In this document: piece after piece, positions 20,301 through 30,900 of the stretch | Layout of the letters: each line of letters starts with the position of its first letter | Numbering within the stretch: the stretch's first letter is position 1 | Source: an uncultured bacterium | GTDB lineage: Bacteria; Oederibacteriota; JAAXVQ01; JAUVAV01 | Length of the DNA: 64,000 nucleotides | NCBI GenBank assembly: GCA_963710755.1 | Contig: CAVQBK010000004.1 | Location: 32,001 to 96,000 of the forward strand | Direction of reading: 5' to 3' | Translations under genes and position numbers: made by a program | The notes under the pieces: model-generated | The model's database searches: none | What the model was told of the DNA's origin: nothing | Seen by the model: the letters and a program-made list of their open reading frames with translations, nothing else

Positions 20301-23300
20301 GGCTTATGCCGGACAGATGGCCATGGCCACGGCGGCCGGCATTGGACATTTGGAACTCCCACTGGTCGGAACCCAATATGCGACCATGGAGAAACCATTG
20401 GCTAAGTTGGCCAAGAAAAAGGGCCTCAGTCTGGAAGGGATGGTTCCGCAGGAGCAAGCGACCATTTGGGCTGAGAATGTAAGCGCCAATATGCGGGCGC
20501 TCATCACAGGATTGGTGCTGGACAATCCCGAAAAACTTAAAACCTTTCTTGATCCGGTGGAATCCAAAATGGCGGCCAGGGAAAATCGTGCCTGGTCTTC
20601 CAGGCAAGGCTTGCAGATCCAAGGGATTAAAAAAGTTTCTTATGTAAGTTCAGGTGCCCTCAAGCATGTTTACCGTGCAGTGGTAGCCACCGAGCAAGGC
20701 GATCTGCCCTTAAGCCTACAATTTATCCAAAGAGCAGGAGCTCTGTCCATCCCAGGTGCGCCGGTGGATAATATGAAAAGCGCGCTTACAGAAGCCCGCC
20801 GTTTTCGCGAATTGGCGGGTATGCTGGATAAGCCCCGCCTGGCCCGGCAGCTCTTTTCAACTCAAGGCCTCATGGCCAGCTTGCCCGAAGAAGAGCAAAA
20901 ACGGCTTGGCCGTCTGGCTCATGAGGAAAATGTGGACGGCCTGGTCTTGGGTTATTTCACAGAGGGCGAGACGCTGGATGCTCTGCCGGACAACCGTAAG
21001 GCAGAAGGATTCCGCAAGAGCGTGGTGACCCTGGCAAGAACATGGCAGCAGACCCTGACCAAAGAACGCAAAAAAATGCGGGGCCTGTCCACGCAAGACT
21101 TCAAACCACAGAATTTTGTTTACAATGCTGAAACCAATGAGGTCGAGCTGATCGATATGGATTTGGCCAACTACTTGACGGCCAATATGTTTCTCGATAA
21201 CCTTCAGTTGTATTTTAAAGAGGTTATTAAGAAACAGCTTTTCCCAGGATCTGAGACGGAAAGTAACAGGCTTTATGCACAGGTCCTATGGGATGGTTTG
21301 TTGGAAGCCTGGGGTCAGGAAGGCTTTGTGAACTACTTGGCGGCTTATGTTAAAGATATGAAGGGCAGCAATAAAGTTAAAACAGAATATAAAGAGAGAC
21401 TTGAAGCTTATCTGCTGGCCAAACAAAATCAAGAATTGCTTCAGCTGGCTGTGACGGCCAATCTGATCACAGCCGACAAGGCTACGCCAGGAGCACTGCT
21501 GGCTGGCGGCGAAACCAGCCCCTCGCAAATGGCCATGGCCCGGGAACGTAAACCTGAAGGCGAAGAGCAAGCCACTGAACCAACCGAGCTGGTCATGAGA
21601 TCATCGTCTGCACAGCAGAAACCTGCTGAGACGCTGATTGCACAAGCTGTGGAGCAGCAACAAGGCCGCGCTCCTCCTAGCGAAAAAACACCACTTGACC
21701 AAACTGCCACAGTATCCTCCCAAGAAAAACCTACCCAAGGCGCGCTTAAAGGTGCGGAAGGTGAATCATTATTAAAAGGAATTTTAGCAACCAGCGGATT
21801 GGTGCTACAGCCGGGTCAAGCCATTAAAGAGGTCGCGGTTAGGGCCGCCCGGGCTTTGGGTGCTTATTTCCAAGCCAAGAGCTTAAGTCCCCACCTCATG
21901 GACAGTGATCGTTGGGAAAAGGTAAAAGAAACGCTTGGGCAAATAAAATCAAATCCAAAGGCAGTCGCGATTAAGGCTGTATCCTCCACAATTGACAGGC
22001 TTCTTGAGGAAAAGATCAAAATCAACATCATCCCTTCTGCTCAAGATATAAAAGACAATGACAATGATTTGGAGCAGTTGGGTGTCTTCAACCTGAATGG
22101 CCAAGTGTACATGACCCAGAAGGTCTATGATCATGTGACCAATGATGAGCAATTGGCGGCTATATTACTGCATGAGGCATTGGAAGCAAGAGGACTAGAC
22201 CATGGCACTGTCGTGAAAATAATCAAACTATTGGGATTTGAAAATGAGGATTTGGTCGCTGCGGCGGGGTTGGGAGAACAGCCAATATTAAATATCTTAC
22301 CATCTGAAGATCTGGAGAATATGATCTATCAGGATACAATGAAAAGATATGAAGTATCGGATGAAGCAGGACACTTAGGAGATAAGCGTATAGTTTTGAA
22401 AAATATTTATGATCCAAATATTACAATAATTTTAGAAAAACCAGAAAGTGGTGAAGAAAACCTTTATCTTATTAAAGTTGTAACCCCTAATGCGGAGACG
22501 GAATTTTCATTTCAAAATAGAAGAGAATGGGAAATGAATAGATTTGGAGAAATTATTTTAAAATATTTAGTGACAAATAGCCTCCCTGAAAATTTTAGAA
22601 ATGGTGTTGCAGCTACTGTAAGTAATTTTTATCGAGCGGAAGCAGCAAGGACCCACAGTCCGGTTAGGATTTCAATCCTTAACCCAAAAATAAGAACATT
22701 TGTAAGAAGATTTTTTACGAATTACTATGATGCGACTCTTGATAATGATGGAGTTCGGCCAACGAAAAAATGGGATATTGAGTCTAATTGGGAAAAATTT
22801 CAAAATATCCTTTGGGTTTATGCAAAGGCAAAAACCACCGACGAAGTGGCTAGGGGAATACTTAAAGATATTATACACCTTGAAGTTAGCGCTAAATCCA
22901 ATTGGCCGTTATCCAATGGAGCAGAAGAAAAATTACTTCAAGTATTCAAAGACAGATTAAGTGAGTGGATCTGGATTAATACACATGATGCTCGAAAAGT
23001 GGGCTTGATTAAAATGATTTTACAATTGGTCTTTTATATGAAAGAGAAAGGGCATTCAATCGATGTAGAAGCTTTGATAAGCAAGTTCCAAGCACAATTG
23101 CCATACCTTGTTTTATCTTCTGATGTAGATAACTTGACCAATATAGTGATGAATTTAAATGAATCTGTTGGAACGAATATAAGATTAAGTGATGTTAATG
23201 TTTTTATCAATCAGATAAGCCAGAATTCTTTTTTTTCTGGGACCAATCCTACAAATGAAAGACTTGTATCAAGTTCATTTAATCGTGATAACAACCCTAC

Positions 23301-24753
23301 TCTAATTAATCAAGTTGAGGGTGTTACGGTAGAAGAAGAAGTAATTTCTGATAAAGAGTTTGAAAATTTATTTGATAAAGGAGGAGATTCCCCCGCCTCT
23401 CTCGGCTACTGGACTGCGATGGCCTTACGCAATACATGGAATTTTAAGTGGAGCGACCGGAGTATCAACCGCTTTGGCATGATTTGGGCTGTAGGAGAAG
23501 CAGCCATGCTGGCCGCTTTTGTGTCTTCCTCTACGCTCAGCCTTTCCGTCCTTTGGGCACTGGCCTTGGCCCATTTGCCGCTCATGATTATGGCCGGGGT
23601 GCGCGGTCCGCAACTATGGAAAAACTTGCGCGGCCAGTCCATCATCATTCTCGGTTATGGCGTTTTGTCCATCTTTGGATTACATGCCTGGCTTGTCGCC
23701 TGGGCCGGCGTGCATCTGCTGAAAGATTATCATGCCCTTTTTAATCCGCTGGCGCGAGCAGCAACCAATACCCGCCGATTGCTGAGTTATCTGCAAAAGC
23801 CCTTTGCTGTGCTGGTCATGATTACTGGAGCTTTGGCTCTGGCCGGCACGGTGACTTTGCTAACCTTGCAAACCATTACCGTATTGGCAGCCGCCACTTT
23901 GGCCGTGGTGGTGGCCGGGCTGATTACAGCAGGCCTATACCTTTATACTCATAGCCAAACGATCGTGCTTAGCGCCAAACACCCCGCGCCCTCCGCTGCT
24001 GAGCCATCATCCAATGCTATCTTGCAGCTCATGCGCAAGGAGCAATCCCTTGGCGTGACGCCACAGCCGGGCAGTGCCTTTAATTTTGCTGATAAGCTGG
24101 CGATCACCATGGGCCAAAGCCGTCTGGGGCGTTTCCTAATGAGGATGATCAGGCAGCCGGTGGGGATGCGTCTTTTCGAACTACTGTCTCAAAATAACCT
24201 TGGACGCCTCCTTAACACTGCCTTGGTAAGTGCGCTTTGGTCCGGCTTGGGCACCTTGCCCAATGGATTAATCAATGGCGATGAAGCCATGGCTTTTATC
24301 ACCAATGGGCTTAGCGCCACTGCTCCCGGCGCTTTCATTCGGCTGCGGTTACAGCACAATGAAGCCATCACCTCAACACAAGTTAGGGCTATTTTAACCA
24401 GCTCCGAAGTTGATACGGCCTTAATGGATCTTGAGCGTCAGTGGTCCAGGCCGCATGTGATGCAGCTGTTGAAACTATTGGTGAAATCCTTTGATCAACT
24501 GGATGCCAATGACACCACCAGCATTCGCCAATTGCTTCAGGTCATGAGCCAGATTCCAGGACCGCAGCAGCGCATTGGGTTGAGGCTTGGAAACCAGCCA
24601 GCCATGGAAATGATAGCCTTGCCCAAGATGGTTATCGAACAACCTAGCTTGTTCCTATTATTGAAGTCTTATTTCAATAATATTTATGACCAGAAGGGCC
24701 AAGCTATTGAAATAAGGCCCCGGCGGCTTAACAGCGCCGCAGGTGCAGCCTAA
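17365..24753 (+). CDS. Giant 2462-aa multidomain membrane protein: conserved N-terminal domain, TM bundle, kinase-fold module, HExxE motif, AT-rich module, TM bundle, shared C-terminal domain
   Basis: RBS aagggag; signal/anchor; IQDLHCHYEVQ…IGIEG…LVTGGFH; SSGALKHVY…QDFKPQNF…LIDMD; LLHEALEARGLDH; ends RRLNSAAGAA. Confidence 0.9.
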   Translation: MIRSHNQTRGLVKATALVVALTFVLPMVTFAFGPATYPADPVGAYGLTPFKINGQTIKISPQWGMITSSYQGHSDKTVVYIQDLHCHYEVQDHIYQMLKSLVERNHLKLIGIEGESKPVDVSPISTIARQNVRQEVGDYFIKRGRLTGPEYLASISGQPVVLAGIEKQQLYDYSKEKLTQFLTDENQGYVEDLRFVLEKLKAPLYSTELAKLDHMQAQFDGEQIPLENFVNYLLDEGDRLGVSFKAYSALNTYAVHRQMPYQGNVDYERLLDAARQYDQTVRDKLYTTQDQRRLDHYLKLVRIMESLINISATDQELTYYRGHKKEFSITTLFNFLDETCYRYAVNPNLDPNAVQLEKALAWAAEFYGAADQRSQAFIKNLLSQMDQRGQKLAVLVTGGFHAAQLEKALRSRDMTYLAIKPRLTRNDLPNPYFNVLKGRLSPIEQLIAQHENIFAPRSIFSSALYRRYIDTVKQIALAREAAGAAAPRQPAKELELKPAWSNPANNVYVLQFKNDKDVLVVIRNFEITNYPTMADAEKLDDHTMFQFVAREVWENPDYRAKILGSEKLARAAGPQSQPSELLDFLSGLSRYLGGISAPQSPLSKAWSAVRTGSSSAWATTKTWAAQGKELMFNPHVIMWLGSGLIMAGGVLGMIITSATLWPLIATVGAIMVMITSIAQMRNQSTPVMMRAAMGFTAMLVAGVLIFNLGLGSIAPLLAKTADLVPTLQATGILDLGWFALNYHNIIPNPEMFAAVGLLASVNTLAGMLARRLGWDQSGLVEEPVESAFYPDKDTLIEKALIYASSQFNYGTEHIRGDNTFKTDLEEIMAQTQNSRALQTFISNRADRLALAGMAYRNGRLSLTEDTPTGRLLDLARDFVEGENLAQAVLKGDDLKALKLGNSHLAQLISHILSGRKDQLFVLGAKDPSAPERLAPAYFTPTQLEAIKKLAAQYHVPMVLSGMNLNPLLGLKLEPAQVRTAYAGQMAMATAAGIGHLELPLVGTQYATMEKPLAKLAKKKGLSLEGMVPQEQATIWAENVSANMRALITGLVLDNPEKLKTFLDPVESKMAARENRAWSSRQGLQIQGIKKVSYVSSGALKHVYRAVVATEQGDLPLSLQFIQRAGALSIPGAPVDNMKSALTEARRFRELAGMLDKPRLARQLFSTQGLMASLPEEEQKRLGRLAHEENVDGLVLGYFTEGETLDALPDNRKAEGFRKSVVTLARTWQQTLTKERKKMRGLSTQDFKPQNFVYNAETNEVELIDMDLANYLTANMFLDNLQLYFKEVIKKQLFPGSETESNRLYAQVLWDGLLEAWGQEGFVNYLAAYVKDMKGSNKVKTEYKERLEAYLLAKQNQELLQLAVTANLITADKATPGALLAGGETSPSQMAMARERKPEGEEQATEPTELVMRSSSAQQKPAETLIAQAVEQQQGRAPPSEKTPLDQTATVSSQEKPTQGALKGAEGESLLKGILATSGLVLQPGQAIKEVAVRAARALGAYFQAKSLSPHLMDSDRWEKVKETLGQIKSNPKAVAIKAVSSTIDRLLEEKIKINIIPSAQDIKDNDNDLEQLGVFNLNGQVYMTQKVYDHVTNDEQLAAILLHEALEARGLDHGTVVKIIKLLGFENEDLVAAAGLGEQPILNILPSEDLENMIYQDTMKRYEVSDEAGHLGDKRIVLKNIYDPNITIILEKPESGEENLYLIKVVTPNAETEFSFQNRREWEMNRFGEIILKYLVTNSLPENFRNGVAATVSNFYRAEAARTHSPVRISILNPKIRTFVRRFFTNYYDATLDNDGVRPTKKWDIESNWEKFQNILWVYAKAKTTDEVARGILKDIIHLEVSAKSNWPLSNGAEEKLLQVFKDRLSEWIWINTHDARKVGLIKMILQLVFYMKEKGHSIDVEALISKFQAQLPYLVLSSDVDNLTNIVMNLNESVGTNIRLSDVNVFINQISQNSFFSGTNPTNERLVSSSFNRDNNPTLINQVEGVTVEEEVISDKEFENLFDKGGDSPASLGYWTAMALRNTWNFKWSDRSINRFGMIWAVGEAAMLAAFVSSSTLSLSVLWALALAHLPLMIMAGVRGPQLWKNLRGQSIIILGYGVLSIFGLHAWLVAWAGVHLLKDYHALFNPLARAATNTRRLLSYLQKPFAVLVMITGALALAGTVTLLTLQTITVLAAATLAVVVAGLITAGLYLYTHSQTIVLSAKHPAPSAAEPSSNAILQLMRKEQSLGVTPQPGSAFNFADKLAITMGQSRLGRFLMRMIRQPVGMRLFELLSQNNLGRLLNTALVSALWSGLGTLPNGLINGDEAMAFITNGLSATAPGAFIRLRLQHNEAITSTQVRAILTSSEVDTALMDLERQWSRPHVMQLLKLLVKSFDQLDANDTTSIRQLLQVMSQIPGPQQRIGLRLGNQPAMEMIALPKMVIEQPSLFLLLKSYFNNIYDQKGQAIEIRPRRLNSAAGAA

Positions 24754-24964
24754 ACGGTTTAAGTTTATTATATTCAATGTTTATTAAGGATTACGTTTGA
24801 AGCGATTTTCGAGACATTGAATTTTTAAAATCGGATTTTTTATTATGAAACAACACAGCTGGAAACATTCCTAAAAAACGTTTTAAAATGAAATGGCCAT
24901 TGGAAAATGGCCAAATTTAAAGCTATATTTTATAGACTATAGTTTGTGTTATGGAGGCTCAATC

Positions 24965-27900
24965 ATGTTATCGCAAGATCAATTCCGTCCAGCCAGTCTG
25001 GGATTATGGAAAAATAAAGCCATGGTGAAGTGGACCAAAGCCATTAGTCTGCTCATCACTCTGGCTTTTATTCTGCCCACGCTGGGTTGGACCTTTGACC
25101 AATCCCTGCTGGAGGAGCAGCTCTTTGTGCAAACCAAACTGGATGGCAAGGGCAGCAAAGCCTTGGCGGACCAGTTCAGGATCGCCCCTTATCTGGGTCA
25201 GCTGACGGAAGCCAGTTATCATACCGGCGGCAAGACGGTGGTGTTGATTCAGGACCTCCATTGTAATTATGAAATTCAGGAAAACATTCGCGGCATTCTC
25301 AATCATTTGGTGGACCGCCATCCTGAATTGAAACTGGTAGCCATTGAAGGGGCCAGCGGTCTTATCCCCACCTTGGATCTGGGCTTGATTCCCGACAGTC
25401 AGGCCAAAAGGGCTGTCACCGATTACTATGTGCACCAGGGCAAGCTGACCGGGGCGGATCACTTCACCATTTGCGATAACAAGCGGGTGGAACTTTATGG
25501 CGCCGAAAATCTTGAGTTGTATAACAAGAGCTTGGATTTGATCCGGTCTTTCAGCACTGAAGAAAATCGCGGCCTCCTGCTGGAAATGATGGACCAATTA
25601 CAGACACTTAAAGCATCTATTTATCACCCTGCCTTGGCGGCTTTTGACCGCAAGCATCTGGCTTTCCAGGAAGGCAAGTTGAGCGCTCACGATTATCGTG
25701 AAACGTTGCTCCAAACTGCCCAACAGGAAAAAATAAATCCCCTGGCCGGGCCCTTGGCCGTGATTGCCGGGAGGCGGCCGCTCAATTACCATGAGCAGCA
25801 AATTCAGGAAACTTATTTGGAAAAAGCCTTGTTTCAGAAGCTGGCCCAATCGCCTGCGGAAAAACAGATGCTGACCCTGAGTACTTATCTGGAAACAGCG
25901 GAACGCATCCTGACCATTGCTGCCGCGCCCAATGATTTGAGTGCTTATCAACAGGAGAGCCAGAGTCTGTCGTTTAAAGCCGTGAATGCTTATTTGAAAA
26001 AGAATCTCGGCTTTGACTATATTGATCTTGGCGATGATTTGGATACGCTCAATCAGGCTATGGCCAATGCCTTAAGCTTTTATGATTTGGCTCTGCAGCG
26101 TAATCAAACCCTTTCCCAACAAACTTTGAGCCGCCTTGCTGCCCGGCACGAACAAACGGCCGTACTCATCACCGGCGGGTTTCACACGGACAAAATTGCG
26201 GAACTTCTGAAAAGCAAAGGCCAGAGCGTGGTGGTGATTCGTCCCAACCTGACCAAAATGCAATACAGCAGCAATTACTATGACTTACTGCTCCATCCGG
26301 AACAAGAATCACCTTTTGAACAGGCTGTGGCGCAGGCGTACCGGCGTACCGTGGCCATAGGTGTAATGGATCAGCAGGTTAATATGAACTTTAAACAAGA
26401 ATTTTTTCGCATGTTGGATATAAGCAAAAGAGCAGCTCAGATGACTATAGGCCAAAGTGTCACTTTGGGCAGTGTGGTTTTAACCAAAGTGAGTCAATCG
26501 ATGGTGCAGATCAAATCAGCCTTGGGTTCTTTTTACATGAATTTGAAAAACCCAAGGGGTGCTAATACGATTGAAGTTGAAACTGAGAAACAAAGAGCGC
26601 AAGCTCAGCCGAAAAATTGGATTTTGCGGCTGGTGAAATCACCGTTAATGCAAGTATTTATTGCAGCCTTAACAGCCAGCTCCAGTGTGGCGGCAGAACC
26701 TATCCAAATAGTGATTAAAGTATCAGGTTTTGGCCCCATCCATTGGGTACTGGTTGGCCTGGCACTTTTCGTCGGCATCTATAAATTGCTATCCTTGCTT
26801 AACACTGCAAGAGGAATGGTCAGAGGATTAGTGGCATCGGGCATGATGTGGTCCACTTTTGCAGGAACGGCTTTAAGCGATTATATACAAACCGCGATGA
26901 GCGATTCATCACGGGGTAGTGATGGTTTTATAACGAACATTTCCCAATTGCTGAATAGAGGGGTGGCCCAAGCCCTTAATAGCATAGGCAATTTAATGAA
27001 AATTAAAAGGCACCTTAGTCAACCCGAGGATGAAGGCACTTTCGTAAAGATATCAAAATTTCTTAATGAACATGCGGGGCAAAGCGGAACGAAACTAATC
27101 TTTAATGGGACATTGACAGTCTTAGAGCAAACACCAACCATTCGTTGGGGGACGGTTGCAGCAAGGCAAGCAGCTTTGTTGGCGCAGTCGTCGGAAGCAT
27201 TATTTGGCATATCCGCCACCGAATTGGAACTGGAATTTGAGACCGCCCAGCTTAGGAAAAAACATGAAGCCGAACGGTTGGCGGAAATGCAGCTGGGCGA
27301 AAGGGTACCTCATGTTTGGAACGGCGACGGCAAGCATGTACAATATATAAGCGGTGCTGATATCGACGATATGCTTAAAATTTTTACAACTACTTTTGGG
27401 CCGGCTTTTGCCACGGTCATTCCTGTTGATACCTATGCCGAAGATCCGGAACGGCGGGACCCTAAAGTAAAAGACTTCGGTCCCGTTTCCTCAAGAACCA
27501 TTGATGGCATGACCTTGCAACATTGGGTTGAACGGATAGAAAGCGCATATGGCGCATCTTGGAGAGAAATAATTAGCAATCTTGACAATGAAGCATGGTT
27601 TAACAGCAGAAAAGGCACCAATGGGTTTAACCGCAGTACCATCAAATTTATTAGCCAAGCTTATAGTCAAAGTAGAAATCCGGCTACTGAATTCTTGATT
27701 TTACCCCGTGTGATTATCCGTCATCCTTATCTTGATCAAAATGAGGATCAAATTAACGCCAATATTCTTTACAGCTATTCGCCGCATAAAATATTTCAAA
27801 GATTGAGACAAATAAATGGAAAAATACCTTCGCTCTTGTCTGAAATAGTTGATAAAAAAGTCAGGGAAACCATTGCATGGAATTTAGACGAAATTCAAAA

Positions 27901-30900
27901 AATGGATGCAGCTCACCCTATTCGGCCTTCTTACGATCTTGCAAGCCAGGTTTTGGTTGATGCCATTCTTCATGAGATATTTCACACCATGTTTTTCCAT
28001 TTGACCAATGACCAATTGGTTCAGTTTAAAAACCTGTTGGAAGCGGCACCAAAAGGCAGGGTTTATTTTAAAAACTGGATTAAGGCGCTGGAAGGAATAC
28101 AATATGTAAGACTGGCAGACCACCAAGGGGATCCAAAGTATGCGAACCCATCTGCATTTACCTGGGATAAGGCTGAGACCCTTTGGCTTGCTGAAATGTT
28201 TTGTGATCTTGGTCCTATGGTCTTGATGCATCTGAATGACAAAAATCATGTTCATGAAACCGAATTAGGTGAAAAATTGACACCGCAATTGGAACAGTTT
28301 TTTACCAATGTTTTTGATACCTTAAAGTGGTTTAGCGGAGAGGATCGATTATTTATTTTTACATATAATCATTTATCAAGGAGCAAAGCTTACCAAAGCC
28401 GACTGATCAATGCTTCCTTATTAATCCCTATGCAGACAAATCCGCAAGGTGCATTGAACCAAAGGATGTCAATTCTGGCAGGTTTGTATAATGAAAAAAA
28501 AGAAGGCCTTATTGTTGGTACGCCAGTCAATTTGAGTGACAAGGTTCCAGAAGCAGAGGAGCCGGCTTCATTCTCTGCAGCCTTGCGAAGTGCTGAACAA
28601 CCATCAGCTTCTTTGCCAGAAGATAACGCTGCGTCCTTTATGTCTTTTGCGCAAAATATTTCAACTGCTCCTTCGACTGAAGAAAATACTGAGAGGGGTA
28701 CTGATTTTGAAGAAGATCCAACTTTAGCCCGGGCAATGGTTACTGGTCCACGGGTTCAACAATCAGCTTTAATATCCACAGACGCTCCAGTTCAACCAGA
28801 AGTATCGATGGGTGATGCTTTTATCTCAATAACTGAAGGTCAGGCGTCAGTAGTTAGCCATAGTACTATTGGTCAAACAGAATCACAGAATAAGCAAACT
28901 CAGCCAAACACACCTATATTTAATGGCGCTGTCACACCGTATGGCCCCTACGAACGGTTTGGCATCAGACCCAAGGACAACAATAATAATAATGAAATCA
29001 TTCCCGCCCCTGTACAAGAGGCCCTTATCGGCAATCCTGACTTGTTAAATGCCATTCTTGGCCAGCCACGGGTGGCTGATATCATCGGCCAGGCAAGGGA
29101 CTTACTGACCACTGTGCCTGAAGGACAACCTATCACCATAGGTCTTGACAGTCCAGCCTTGACGGCGTTGTTGCAAAAAACCATCAGTAGCTTGGGCCAA
29201 AGCAATCCTGCAATTTATGGCCGGCTGGCTTCCAGCGTTAAGATCGTCAACCTGCCAACAGCTGCGAATATAACACCCCAGACGTTTACTTCTTGGGCAG
29301 CCGGACCATCGATCACGGTGCTGACCAATCCCCCCACCAGCACCAGTGATTACGTCACGGTCAGGGTTAATGCCAACGGCCAGGTGGGTGTGGGGCATCA
29401 GATTTCTGCTATTCCCATACAGGCCATTAGTGGTTTGGAAGAAGCGGTTAAAAATAGTTTACTGGATCAACATCATCAAATTTTAAGCAACCTTCAAAAT
29501 AAACAAGAATTGAAAGATTATCTTCTGGTGAATTGGAAAGCAGTGGATTCTCAAAACGCCCAATTGTTGCAAAATTATGATCATCAATTCACGGTCACCG
29601 GATATCGGCAGCCAACGGCCGCAGAACAATCACAGTTGTTAATTCCATCCCTAGAAGCGGCACTGAAACCAGCCTTCAGTGCTGATCAGCAGGAAATTTT
29701 GGTTCAGATCAACTTGGCTGCGCTCAATCAAGTGCAGGCTGCAGTGGCCAAGCCGGACAATATCATTATGAATTTCGGTCCCCGTAATGCGATGGTCGCT
29801 CCTCAGAAAGAGTTAGGGTATAATTTGGAAACGGCCGTATTAACACAAGCCTTTGGCGCCAAAGGCACGGCTTTGATGCCGGCCGAGAAACAAGCGGCCA
29901 TAGATAAATACACTCAGGCTGTAGGACTGCAAATGAGCCCTGATCCTGTTGTACGCGCATTGCAGGATCAAGAGTTGGCTGACTTTATTCAACTACTGAA
30001 AGGCTTCTCAACTGTTGCTGTGGAAATGTCCCCGGCGCATGATCTTAATGGCTTGGAGAATGAAGCACGACAACCAGAGCTCATGCAAGACAAGATCGCC
30101 GAGATTCGCAAGGCCATAGCCGGCACTTATAGCCAAAAAGCTTCCGAGGCCTTGAGTGATAATGAGGTGGCTGATATCATCGGGCAATTAGCAATGATGG
30201 ATTTCAGAACGGTCTTAGGTCCTGTGACCTCGATGCTGGCGGCCTTGCAGCGCGGTGAAGGCCGTCCCTGGGAAGAACAACCATCTTTGTTTAGTGCTTC
30301 CAACCCGCTTGCTTATTTCAAAGGCGTTGGCCGGGCCCCGACGGCGCCGGGTGCTGTAGCAGATTTGGCTGTCAAAATTAAGGAGACAAAGCATAACGTT
30401 GCGAAAGGGATTTCTAGATTCTTTTCGAGTATTTTATTGGCCATTGTGGCTAGTGCGGTAATCAAGGACGCGATATTCGCGGCCATGAAGGCGCCACGTC
30501 AAGATGATGTGTCCTGGCTAAGCCGGTTCATCAGCTTCCTTGGCCATCCTGGCTTGCGACAATCTTTACTTCTCATGGCAGGCATTGTGGTAGGCAGAGC
30601 TGACGTTTGGGATCGGCTATCGCCTGTGATTAAGGCACAACTGGTGGATCTGCAAAAGCTGAGCAATTCAGGAAATGATTTTACGAAAATGGAAAAGAGT
30701 GAATTGGAACAATCCTATCCTTCCTTAAAATATGACCAGGCAAGTTTCAAACAACTTAATAATCGAATGCAACGTAATACGCTGTTTGGATTTGTTTTTT
30801 GGATGGTTAAACGTTTTCAGAAAGTTGACAAAAATAGTCTGGTCGGCCTTTATCCGGAAATGTTTGCGTTGCTTAGCACCGGTAACCAGATGGAAGATAT

